Source of the DNA: a virus
Lineage: Duplodnaviria > Caudoviricetes
Strand: one strand, 5' to 3'
DNA: 53,608 nucleotides
IMG/VR virus record: IMGVR_UViG_3300025646_000055
Span: 1 to 53,608 of that record
The first letter of the stretch is position 1, and each line of letters begins with the position of its first letter. A program made the translations under genes and the position numbers. Positions 14,353-23,228 of the stretch are shown here, piece after piece. The notes below the pieces were generated by a model. That model was given only the letters and a program-made list of their open reading frames with translations. It had not been told where the DNA came from and made no database searches.

Positions 14353-14457
14353 AAAAGGTAATAAACTCAAAACCGAGCGATGCTTTAAAAAAGATTCACA
14401 ACTTTAGAGGTCGTTGAGTTGGGTGGTAGTAAATGTGAATACCACCTATTACCTTTT
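14353..14457 (+). ncRNA. unassigned three-way-junction RNA with loop-loop complementarity
   Basis: AAAAGGTAATA/TATTACCTTTT closing helix; ATTCACA/TGTGAAT kissing loops. Confidence 0.55.
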
Positions 14458-14463
14458 ATTTAT

Positions 14464-14542
14464 AGGGTAGTAGAGGAGTCAGGTTTATCTCGCTACATTT
14501 GGGATGTAGAGCACGCTGGTTCGAATCCAGTTTACCCTACCA
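14464..14542 (+). tRNA. tRNA-Pro(TGG), CCA encoded
   Basis: Cloverleaf, loop TTTGGGA. Confidence 0.9.
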
Positions 14543-14621
14543 TAGTATGGTCTAACAAATGCCTGTGCCAGAATGTCGACCAAAATGCAGGGATATGTAG
14601 GTAATGACTTACCATTTCACA

Positions 14622-14695
14622 GGTCCTTTAGCTCAGATGGTTAGAGCAACTGACTCATAATCAGTAGGTCGTAGGTTCAAATCCTACAAGGACCA
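14622..14695 (+). tRNA. tRNA(CAT), probably Ile2 (lysidine type)
   Basis: GGTCCTT acceptor; ACTGA-CTCATAA-TCAGT. Confidence 0.85.
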
Positions 14696-14725
14696 CTAAA
14701 AAATTAAAGGTTTTTTCAAGATAAT

Positions 14726-14794
14726 TTGGATGTTTGAAATTTTGTTTGTATATTTATGTATAATAAAGATTTAAAACAAAACGTTCTTTAACAT
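14726..14794 (+). promoter_or_regulatory. promoter (14726-14756) plus boxA-like CGTTCTTTAACAT (14782-14794)
   Basis: Motif match; directly upstream of the large RNA. Confidence 0.75.
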
Positions 14795-14804
14795 ATTAAA
14801 AAAT

Positions 14805-15750
14805 TTAGGGTTGCTTGAAATCCTTTCAGATTATTATTGACGCGTAACAGTCCGGCTGACGATTATGTAATAGTTTGATAAAGAGTAATGAGCCGTAAGG
14901 CTACGAAAGGGGATAGTCTCACACTACCTCGCTTGGCAACAAGTTCATTCAAGCAAGCAACGTTCTAAGCTCTACCTAAGAGCGCTGTCGGACCAACCGG
15001 CAGATAAGGAGAAAGTTAGTGGAATAAGTCCCTTAGGAAAGGATAAAACCAGAGCCGATCGGTGAGGTTAAAATGGGTAGCTCCATGCTTATCCATGCTA
15101 AACTAACAAAACCTGAACAGAATAAGTTGTAGAATATGAGTTTGAGTCTCGCTAAGACAAAGGCAAGTATTCATTATAAGAGGTGAAAGGGTAATATATA
15201 TAACTCCCGGAGTAATCTTGAAGTAAGGCACAGTAGGATTAGCAGTCCGAAACGCAGTTGGCGTGTCATATTTTGTAGCTCAAAAGGTTATGAAGTGACT
15301 GTTGGGGCACGTCAAAGTGAGTTAAATAACTTGTAAGTTAGCTCAGTTGGTAGAGCATCTGTCTCTTAAACAGAATGTCGAAGGTTCAACTCCTTCACTT
15401 ACTATATGAATAATATAGAATAAAAAACGCAAAGCCCCCAACGATAGTGAAAAACAAATCACCTAATTCCGTACTCAAAAGAGAATACGGAGCTTTCAAA
15501 ACTCGCAAGGTAGAGAAAGTTTGATTGGATTTCGCACCTAATTTCTTAGCGGAAATGAATGGCTCGCAAGGTCAGGGGAAGAAAAAAAATCGAGTAGTTT
15601 CACTATGACATGAGAAATGCCACTCATTAAAAAAGGCGGTGATGTTGCTAGACTTCCTTGGTGGGAGTGGATAAGTTTTTAACAAGTAGGTTTGCCCCTA
15701 TTTGGTACGAAAATGAAGGTAGTAATATATAACGTATAATCTCAGCGTTT
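14805..15750 (+). ncRNA. large (~950 nt) structured ncRNA, GOLLD-like; ends approximate
   Basis: No ORF in the track; higher GC than flanks; many GNRA hairpins; CCACTC/GAGTGG long-range pair; ends TAATCTCAGCG + T-run; adjacent to a tRNA array. Confidence 0.7.
15332..15404 (+). tRNA. tRNA-Lys(CTT) nested in the large ncRNA
   Basis: TCTGT-CTCTTAA-ACAGA; canonical D and T arms. Confidence 0.88.
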
Positions 15751-15841
15751 TTTTTAATTATTCTTCTATAAAACCATTTATACTCAATTTCCTACGAGTT
15801 ATATTTGGTTTATTTTTTTTTCTCTAGTTATATTTATAGCT

Positions 15842-16282
15842 ATGGATTTAAATAAATTTTTTAGCCACTTTATAGACAACCCTTCATCTACTTCTAAAGA
15901 TGAATTAATTACATCTTATTCAGATTTTTACAATAATCCTATTTTTAAATTAGGTATGTTTAAAAAACTAGTGTTTAATCACGTAAATTTCAATAAAAAA
16001 ATGTTATTTTCTTTATTAGACAGTGTCTCCGGTGAGAATGATAAAGAATCGCTGAAAATAAAAGAAATTAGCGAGATTATGATATATAATAAAGCATATT
16101 CTCATTTAGAAGAAGTTGATTTGAAAGCTGAAGATAATCAAAATTATATAAGACAAGCCTCAGATGAAGAACTTTTAACAGCTTGTAAATTAGCAATTAG
16201 GTTTTTTGAGGAAAGAGAGGAATATGAAAAATGTGCTAAAATTAAAATTTTAGAAGACTTAGTAACTTCTTTTATAAAATAG
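15842..16282 (+). CDS. hypothetical protein with C-terminal UVR-like motif
   Basis: AIRFFEEREEYEKCAKIK. Confidence 0.7.
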   Translation: MDLNKFFSHFIDNPSSTSKDELITSYSDFYNNPIFKLGMFKKLVFNHVNFNKKMLFSLLDSVSGENDKESLKIKEISEIMIYNKAYSHLEEVDLKAEDNQNYIRQASDEELLTACKLAIRFFEEREEYEKCAKIKILEDLVTSFIK

Positions 16283-16408
16283 TTTGGCCTCCCAGATTTC
16301 TCTTGATATCTTATTATTACAGGGAAAATAAGAAACATATAAATAAATAGGGGTAATGAGGGGGGAAGAATAACCCGGGGTACCACGATATTAAATAAAC
16401 TAATTATT

Positions 16409-16606
16409 ATGAGACAAAGAGACATTATTATTAACAGGATTGAAATGTTAGAAGCAAGGTTTAAAACCTTAGAATTTATAGTAAGGAGAGGATCTCCTGT
16501 AGAAGAATTTTATAGTACACTTAATCAATCAACCGAAATTTTAAGTAACATTAAAGATATGATAGAAAGAGAAGAACATTCTCCATCAGAAATTAACAAA
16601 CAATAG
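16409..16606 (+). CDS. small hypothetical protein
   Basis: ORF at the head of an operon. Confidence 0.7.
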   Translation: MRQRDIIINRIEMLEARFKTLEFIVRRGSPVEEFYSTLNQSTEILSNIKDMIEREEHSPSEINKQ

Positions 16607-16620
16607 ATTAAATATAAGTT

Positions 16621-17415
16621 ATGAGTTTAACAGCAGAACAAATCCAATTAAATTGGAATACTTTAATGGATGATATTAAAAATCATATCTCATCCCCACG
16701 CAAAGAAAAACTTTTAGAATTTTATGAAAAATATGCTGAGCGTATTATGCTTATGCCTGCTTCGCATAAAAAGGAATACCATAATGCTTTTCCTGGAGGT
16801 TATGTAGATCATGTTTTACGAGTTATAAGATGTGCTGTTAAACAATCCAGATTATGGGAAAGTGAGGGAGCAGATATGTCTACTTTTACAAAAGAAGAAT
16901 TAATATTCTCAGCATTAAATCATGATTTAGGTAAAATTGGAGATGAAGAACATGAATCTTATATCCCTCAAACTGATACTTGGAGAAAAGAAAAACTTGG
17001 AGAAGATTATACTCACAATACCCAGATTCCATTTGCCTCAGTTCCAGATAGAGGACTTTATTTACTCCAATCACATGGTATCCCTTATACATTTAATGAA
17101 ATGTTAGCTATTCAGACTCATGATGGTTTATATGATGATGCTAATAAAAAATACCTTATGGGGTATATGCCAGAACAAAAACCACGTACTTCTCTTCCTT
17201 TTATTATACATCAAGCAGATTTAATGGCAGCTCGTATTGAATTTGAAAAAGAATGGTTGCCTAAATTAAAAAAAGAAAAGAAAAACTTGGAGAATAGTAA
17301 AAAGAATTTTACGTTAGGTGGGAATAAGACAGAAAAAAAATCTATACCTACTAAATCTAAAGCTTTAAGTTCAATTAAAAGTGAAGGATTAAAAAACATG
17401 TTAGATAATTTATGA
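16621..17415 (+). CDS. HD-domain phosphohydrolase (YhaM-like HD)
   Basis: PAS...YHNAFPGG..DHV...HDLGK...HDG...HQAD. Confidence 0.88.
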   Translation: MSLTAEQIQLNWNTLMDDIKNHISSPRKEKLLEFYEKYAERIMLMPASHKKEYHNAFPGGYVDHVLRVIRCAVKQSRLWESEGADMSTFTKEELIFSALNHDLGKIGDEEHESYIPQTDTWRKEKLGEDYTHNTQIPFASVPDRGLYLLQSHGIPYTFNEMLAIQTHDGLYDDANKKYLMGYMPEQKPRTSLPFIIHQADLMAARIEFEKEWLPKLKKEKKNLENSKKNFTLGGNKTEKKSIPTKSKALSSIKSEGLKNMLDNL

Positions 17416-17693
17416 TATTAGAAGTAATTATTTCAATATTAGTTATTTTGGTCGTAATCTTAGGGTATACGACCTTTAACTTACTACGCAAGAATGAAAA
17501 ACAAGAAGATATTTTATCTTCTTATATGCAATATCTATCTAGAATAGATACTGCTATAAAAGAATCAGATAAAAGAATTAAAGAAATTGATGAAAGAGGA
17601 TCTTTTAAATCTGATGATGAAATTGGTTGGTTCTTTCTTGAAATTAAAAAAATTCAAATGATATTAAATGAATTTACTATAAAGGAATATTAA
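17412..17693 (+). CDS. membrane-anchored coiled-coil protein
   Basis: N-terminal TM helix. Confidence 0.7.
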   Translation: MILEVIISILVILVVILGYTTFNLLRKNEKQEDILSSYMQYLSRIDTAIKESDKRIKEIDERGSFKSDDEIGWFFLEIKKIQMILNEFTIKEY

Positions 17694-17694
17694 A

Positions 17695-18396
17695 GTGACC
17701 CCCAAAATAAAAAAATCCAATAATTATTTTACCTCAGAAACTGAGGAAGCTATTGTTTTATATAACAATACTTATGATAATGAAATTAAAAGTAAAATAT
17801 ATGAACAATTCATTCATTATCCATTTTTTAAGCTTACAGAAAATATAATACATACCTTTAAGTTTTATTATACTGAAGTAGATGAAATTGAACATCTACA
17901 ACATGAAGTGATTACTTTTTTGTTATCTAAAATCCATTTATTTGATCCTTCTAAAGGAGCTAAAGCTTATTCTTATTTTGGAACTATAGCTAAACGTTAT
18001 TTGATAATCTCTAATCAAAACAATTATAAAAAAAGAGTAGATAAAGCACCATTAGAGGTATTATATGATGATGAAAATCATTCATACAGTATTGATGATA
18101 AAAAAAGTGAAGATTTTCTATCTAATTTTATAGATCAGTATATTAATTATGTAACTGAAAATATTTACAAGTTATTTCCTAAAGAAGATGATGCTAAAGT
18201 AGCAGATGCTATTATAGAATTATTCCGCAAGAGAGAAGATATAGATATTTTTAATAAAAAAGCTTTATACATTTATATTAGAGAAATGGTTGATGTTAAA
18301 ACTCCAAAAATAACAAAAATAGCTAATCAACTACATGATATATTTAAGAATAACTATGTTTTTTATTTAGAATATGGTTATGTTAAGTTTTCTTAA
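17695..18396 (+). CDS. phage sigma-factor-like protein (late sigma candidate)
   Basis: Region-2-like FDPSKGAKAYSYFGTIAKRY. Confidence 0.7.
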   Translation: MTPKIKKSNNYFTSETEEAIVLYNNTYDNEIKSKIYEQFIHYPFFKLTENIIHTFKFYYTEVDEIEHLQHEVITFLLSKIHLFDPSKGAKAYSYFGTIAKRYLIISNQNNYKKRVDKAPLEVLYDDENHSYSIDDKKSEDFLSNFIDQYINYVTENIYKLFPKEDDAKVADAIIELFRKREDIDIFNKKALYIYIREMVDVKTPKITKIANQLHDIFKNNYVFYLEYGYVKFS

Positions 18397-18421
18397 ATCA
18401 TATATTTATAAATAAAGCATT

Positions 18422-18763
18422 ATGAGTAAATTAGATTCAGTAATCTTTGGAAAAAAGAAATTTTCTGATTTATTAGAAGAAATTTACAAAAACCAAAAAA
18501 GAAGAGAAGATCAAGTATCATCCTTAATTTCTGAATTAAAACCTTTAGTTCAAGAGATTGGTGATGCTACTCTTATTGTTCCTTTGATAAAAGAATATTT
18601 AGAAATTGGAGTTAAAAATGATGAGCAATTAATTAAAATGGCTACAATTGTTCAAAGAGCAATCCAAAATCAAAGTGATGATGGTAGTTTTGGAATTTCT
18701 GAAGAAGAAAAAGCTCAATTACTCCAAGAAATAGATAAACTTAATAATAAGGATAATAAGTAA
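18422..18763 (+). CDS. helical hypothetical protein
   Basis: ORF after an ATATTTATA motif. Confidence 0.75.
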   Translation: MSKLDSVIFGKKKFSDLLEEIYKNQKRREDQVSSLISELKPLVQEIGDATLIVPLIKEYLEIGVKNDEQLIKMATIVQRAIQNQSDDGSFGISEEEKAQLLQEIDKLNNKDNK

Positions 18764-20016
18764 TGGCCTCTAGGTTTGGTTTTTCAGGTTTAAATTCTAA
18801 TTTAAATCGTAGTAAAGATAATAATTTTAATACCCTTCAAGCTTTATCAATTAATCAAATTAAAGCTGTTAGGGTAAAGAATATTGTCTTAGATGAAACT
18901 AACCCAAAATGGAAAACTTATGGTGAATGGAATGGTTTAGGTACTGTAGAATTTATAGATATTAAAACACCTAAATCTATTAATAGTAATACTTTTGATG
19001 GTGTTGCTCAACCTTTCTTCCCTTATTTAAAAAATTATCCTTTAATTAATGAAATAATATATGTTATTTTATTACCATCTTCTAACATAGGAGAAAAAGT
19101 AACAGCTACTAAATTATACTATATCACTCCTATTAATTTATGGAATTCACCTCACCATAATGCCTCTCCTTTTATAGTAGATGCTTTACCTGAAAATCAA
19201 CAAAGAGATTACCAACAAACAGAAGGAGGTTCAGTTAGAAGATCTACAGACCAATCAACAGAAATTACTTTAGGGGAATATTTTCAAGAAAAATTAAATA
19301 TTCATCCTTTATTACCTTTTGAAGGAGATATTATATATGAGGGTAGATGGGGTAATTCTATACGTTTTGGGAGTACAGTAATAGAAAAAGAAAATACATG
19401 GTCTTCTAGTGGTGAAAATGGAGATCCTATTACTATAATTAGAAACGGTCAAGACCCTGATAGCTCAGATGAGGGGTGGGTTCCTGTAAAAGAAGACATA
19501 AATAAAGATTTATCTTCAATTTATTTAACATCAACCCAAAATATCCCTTTAATCCCTTCTACAGTTAACTATGATAGTTATACTTCACCCCCAGAAAAAG
19601 TAAATACATTTTCAGGTAAACAGATTATACTCAATTCAGGTAGATTAGTTTTAAATGCTAATTCAAACCATTTATTATTAAGTGCTGAAAAATCTATAGG
19701 TTTAAATACTTTGGGTTCAATTAATATTGATTCTAAAAGTGATACAATATTTAAAGTAGGTGATAATAGTAGAATATTATTGGGAAGTAAAGAAGCTAAA
19801 GAATCAGTTATTTTAGGAGATAAATTTTTAACTGATTTACAAGTATTTTTACAGGAAATGGTTAAATTAAGTACAGCATTGGTGGCATCAGGTATTCCTG
19901 TACCCTTTACTCCTAATGCTGGAACTGCAACTACTGCTCCTACAATGGCTACTGCTGCTCAAAATATAATTAATAAAATTGAAAATTATAAATCTAAAGT
20001 AAGTAAAACAGTATAA
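18763..20016 (+). CDS. baseplate hub/spike protein (gp5/GpV-like)
   Basis: PLINEIIYV OB-fold-like motif; GDIIYEGRWGNSIRF; beta-helix-like C-terminus. Confidence 0.7.
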   Translation: MASRFGFSGLNSNLNRSKDNNFNTLQALSINQIKAVRVKNIVLDETNPKWKTYGEWNGLGTVEFIDIKTPKSINSNTFDGVAQPFFPYLKNYPLINEIIYVILLPSSNIGEKVTATKLYYITPINLWNSPHHNASPFIVDALPENQQRDYQQTEGGSVRRSTDQSTEITLGEYFQEKLNIHPLLPFEGDIIYEGRWGNSIRFGSTVIEKENTWSSSGENGDPITIIRNGQDPDSSDEGWVPVKEDINKDLSSIYLTSTQNIPLIPSTVNYDSYTSPPEKVNTFSGKQIILNSGRLVLNANSNHLLLSAEKSIGLNTLGSINIDSKSDTIFKVGDNSRILLGSKEAKESVILGDKFLTDLQVFLQEMVKLSTALVASGIPVPFTPNAGTATTAPTMATAAQNIINKIENYKSKVSKTV

Positions 20017-22448
20017 TGCCTACAATTGATACTAAATTAAAAACAGCTTTAATGGGTGTAGCTACTAAATTACTAGTAGCTCAATCCACTAAATTTCAAT
20101 CTATGTTATTGAAATTAAAGGATGATTATTTAGTTAAATTACAAGAAGATGGTATAAATCAAATTAATGAAAAAGGTCCTACAGTAGTATGTCCTGTTAT
20201 TATACCTGAAATAGAAAGAATACTACCTAAATTAAATACTTTAAGAGGTGTACTTTCTAATATATATAAATTAGCAGGAACTCTTAATAATATATCTACT
20301 CAAATTGAAAAACCACTCCCAGCAATTAATACTGCTACTTTAACCTTAGAATTTTTACCAGCCCCAATTCCCCCTGGATTACCTGTAAGTGTAATTTTAG
20401 GGATAAGTAAAGCTATAGATGTTTTAAAAAAACTTACAGATGGGTTAGAAACAGGATCAAAATCTCTGTCTACAACCTCGGGTATTATAATTGAATATGT
20501 TCAAATTTTAGATAATCTATTGCAAACTGTAGAAGATACTCTTTTAGAAATAGTAAATTTATGTGCTAGTAATTTTAATGATACCCAAGAAGCAGAACTT
20601 ATAAGAAATATACAAAATGCTCTTTTATTTAATCCTGAAAATGCTAATTCAACATTAGAAGAAGATACACAAGTAGAAAATGAATTAGAGGAACAATTAA
20701 TTAATGGGGATTTAACCTATCAAGGTTTTCAATTAACTATAGAATATGATCCTACTCCTACTACTCTTTTACCTAGTAAGAGAATTGTAGCTACAGGCTT
20801 GGCAAATACCGCTGTAGAAATTTTAGTAGAAGGAGGAGAAGCTAATATCCCTATAGAGGGGATAAAATTATATTATCCAACCCCATTACCTTTGACTGAG
20901 GAAGAAATCCAAGAATTACAATCTCAGGGTAATTTTTATGATTCTTCATATACTTATAGTTCTAATAATTCAACTTTAATTACCTTAATTAAAAATAAAA
21001 TTGATAATTACCTAAATGGTAAAACTGAAGAATTTGTTAGATATAAAATAACTTTTAATTATGAACAACCTGATTTTAGATCTGAAATTCAATCTCAAAT
21101 TGACTGGTTAATAAATTGGCAAAATCAATATCCCATATTAGATCTATCAGAAATAATACAAAAAGGACAAAATCTATTAGGAGAAATACCTGATACCTAT
21201 TTTACTTTTTCTTATAATAATATTCCTATAACACTTAGATCAGTTTTAGAATTACCATTAGGAGAAGTTATATTAGATGTTGAGGAAGATTTAAATTTTA
21301 AAGAAAAATATGAAGATTTTTTATTTGATAAGAAAATCTCAACTAGAAATATTGAAGTAATATCTGGTAATAGTACTTTATTATTTCCAGGAGAAGGAAA
21401 TGTAGAGGGAGCTAAAGGTAATTTTACGGGAGGTGTATTTACTAGAACAACTCCTACAAGAGGTCAATATAGATTAAATGTTATTAATGCTTCAATTATT
21501 GATATTATAATAGAAACCATAGGTACTACACGAGGAGAAGATTATTATAATTTTGATAATTTTCCCAATACAGGAGCAATTCCATTTGAAGAAATTCCTG
21601 AAAATGTAGATTTTTCTAAACCTCCTCAACCTAGATATTATGATGGAGATGAATATACTAAAGGTTGGTATATTTGGGATGGTTATGAAAGAAAGTGGAT
21701 ATTTATAGATTTACAACCTTTTGGTTATATAGAAGGTGTTAAAGATGGAGATTGGAAGATTAAAAGAGATGGAAATTCTAACTCTTATTATGAATGGATA
21801 TCCGGATTTTATGAAAATGCTGGATCACTTATAGGTAAAATAGGTGGAATTCCCACATGGATTAAAAAAAATTCAGATGATTGGAAAGTTCATGTAGGGG
21901 CTTTTTGGCGAATTTGTGGGAATTGGGGGGCATTATATAATGTTCCAAAACCACCAATTGGGGTAGATTATACTTGTGTTGTATATTATATTTCAAATGA
22001 AGAAGAGAAACCTGATAAAGATAATCCTATTGATACTTTAAGAGGAGTTATATGGAAATGGGATGAAGAACTTGTACAATGGCTTCCTCAAAATCTAGGT
22101 ACTGCTTTAACTTATACAGATCCTAGTAAAAATTCTACTTGGAATAATGGACTTTTTGGGTTTGAATATATTACTGCTAATGATATTCCTGATGGGGGTA
22201 AATGGGCTACTATTTTACAAGCAGATGTAGATAATGCCTATATAAGTGCTTGGACAAATGATTATTCTTCTGATCCTAGACCTGGTATAACATATTATAA
22301 TATAATTGTCCCAACATTAAAGAAAATTAGAGATGAGATAGTGAATGTAGGTCCCCTTGATCAGTTTAGAATTTATAATAATTTAAATGAAAACAACTTT
22401 ATAGAAGAACAATTAAGATTAGCTAAAAAACTTTTTGAAGCAAGATAA
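20016..22448 (+). CDS. virion-associated hypothetical protein (helical N-terminus, Trp-rich C-terminus)
   Basis: 810-aa ORF in the baseplate cluster. Confidence 0.6.
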   Translation: MPTIDTKLKTALMGVATKLLVAQSTKFQSMLLKLKDDYLVKLQEDGINQINEKGPTVVCPVIIPEIERILPKLNTLRGVLSNIYKLAGTLNNISTQIEKPLPAINTATLTLEFLPAPIPPGLPVSVILGISKAIDVLKKLTDGLETGSKSLSTTSGIIIEYVQILDNLLQTVEDTLLEIVNLCASNFNDTQEAELIRNIQNALLFNPENANSTLEEDTQVENELEEQLINGDLTYQGFQLTIEYDPTPTTLLPSKRIVATGLANTAVEILVEGGEANIPIEGIKLYYPTPLPLTEEEIQELQSQGNFYDSSYTYSSNNSTLITLIKNKIDNYLNGKTEEFVRYKITFNYEQPDFRSEIQSQIDWLINWQNQYPILDLSEIIQKGQNLLGEIPDTYFTFSYNNIPITLRSVLELPLGEVILDVEEDLNFKEKYEDFLFDKKISTRNIEVISGNSTLLFPGEGNVEGAKGNFTGGVFTRTTPTRGQYRLNVINASIIDIIIETIGTTRGEDYYNFDNFPNTGAIPFEEIPENVDFSKPPQPRYYDGDEYTKGWYIWDGYERKWIFIDLQPFGYIEGVKDGDWKIKRDGNSNSYYEWISGFYENAGSLIGKIGGIPTWIKKNSDDWKVHVGAFWRICGNWGALYNVPKPPIGVDYTCVVYYISNEEEKPDKDNPIDTLRGVIWKWDEELVQWLPQNLGTALTYTDPSKNSTWNNGLFGFEYITANDIPDGGKWATILQADVDNAYISAWTNDYSSDPRPGITYYNIIVPTLKKIRDEIVNVGPLDQFRIYNNLNENNFIEEQLRLAKKLFEAR

Positions 22449-22484
22449 AAAAAATAATTTTTAATATTTATAAATAAAATAGCA

Positions 22485-22811
22485 ATGAAACTTAACGAAT
22501 TAAAAAAAATAGTTAAAGAATCAGTAAAAGAAGCCATTCAAGAAGAATTGAAAGATATTCTACTTGAAGCAGTTCGTTCTCCTAAACAATACATACAAGA
22601 AAGTGTTTCTATACCTACCCCACAACTTTCATCAAAACCTATAATTGATGCTAAAAAATCATATATGGATGTAATGAATGAAACAGCTTTAAGTTTTAAT
22701 TCTTCAAATGCACAAACATTTAATCCTAGACAACCTGGAGTTGATCCTATAAATGGAAATTTACCATCAGGTGAATTAAGTTTAGAGCAAATTTCAAGTT
22801 TAATGAAATAA
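22485..22811 (+). CDS. hypothetical protein with [VIL]xE-rich N-terminus
   Basis: MKLNELKKIVKESVKEAIQEELKDILLE. Confidence 0.7.
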   Translation: MKLNELKKIVKESVKEAIQEELKDILLEAVRSPKQYIQESVSIPTPQLSSKPIIDAKKSYMDVMNETALSFNSSNAQTFNPRQPGVDPINGNLPSGELSLEQISSLMK

Positions 22812-22814
22812 GAA

Positions 22815-23228
22815 ATGGCTTTTAGTCCTAGAAAAATATCACCTTTAGATTTAAAACCTAGTGTAGGTATTGGGGTATCTTTACCTTTTTCTTCACCTAC
22901 AGCTTTTAAAACTACTTATACTACAAAAGATGCTATTAAATCTAATTTAATTAATTTCTTTTTAACTAATAAGGGTGAAAGATATTTAAACCCTTCATTT
23001 GGAGGTGATTTACGTAGATTTATTTTTACACAAATAACAGATGGGAATTTAGATTTTTTAAAAGAAGATATTCAATCTCAAGTTTCTCAATATTTTCCTA
23101 ATGTTATAGTTAAAGAATTATCTATATTTCAAGGTCAAGGTACCCAAGAACAACAAGTTACAATAAAAATGGTTTATAATGTAGCAAATACTAACACAAC
23201 AGATTCTTTAGAAATACTTTTTAATTAA
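22815..23228 (+). CDS. baseplate wedge subunit, gp25/GPW family
   Basis: IKSNLINFFLTNKGERYLNPSFGGDL. Confidence 0.9.
   Translation: MAFSPRKISPLDLKPSVGIGVSLPFSSPTAFKTTYTTKDAIKSNLINFFLTNKGERYLNPSFGGDLRRFIFTQITDGNLDFLKEDIQSQVSQYFPNVIVKELSIFQGQGTQEQQVTIKMVYNVANTNTTDSLEILFN

Noticed and set aside
8657-14604. Many 60-130 aa ORFs on both strands in the RNA island
   Set aside because: They overlap clear tRNA or structured RNA genes and arise from locally higher GC. Only 12665-13120, and tentatively 13170-13301, are kept.
8400-15750. tmRNA or rRNA
   Set aside because: No tmRNA-type Ala acceptor ends enclosing a tag reading frame, and no universal rRNA motifs were recognised.
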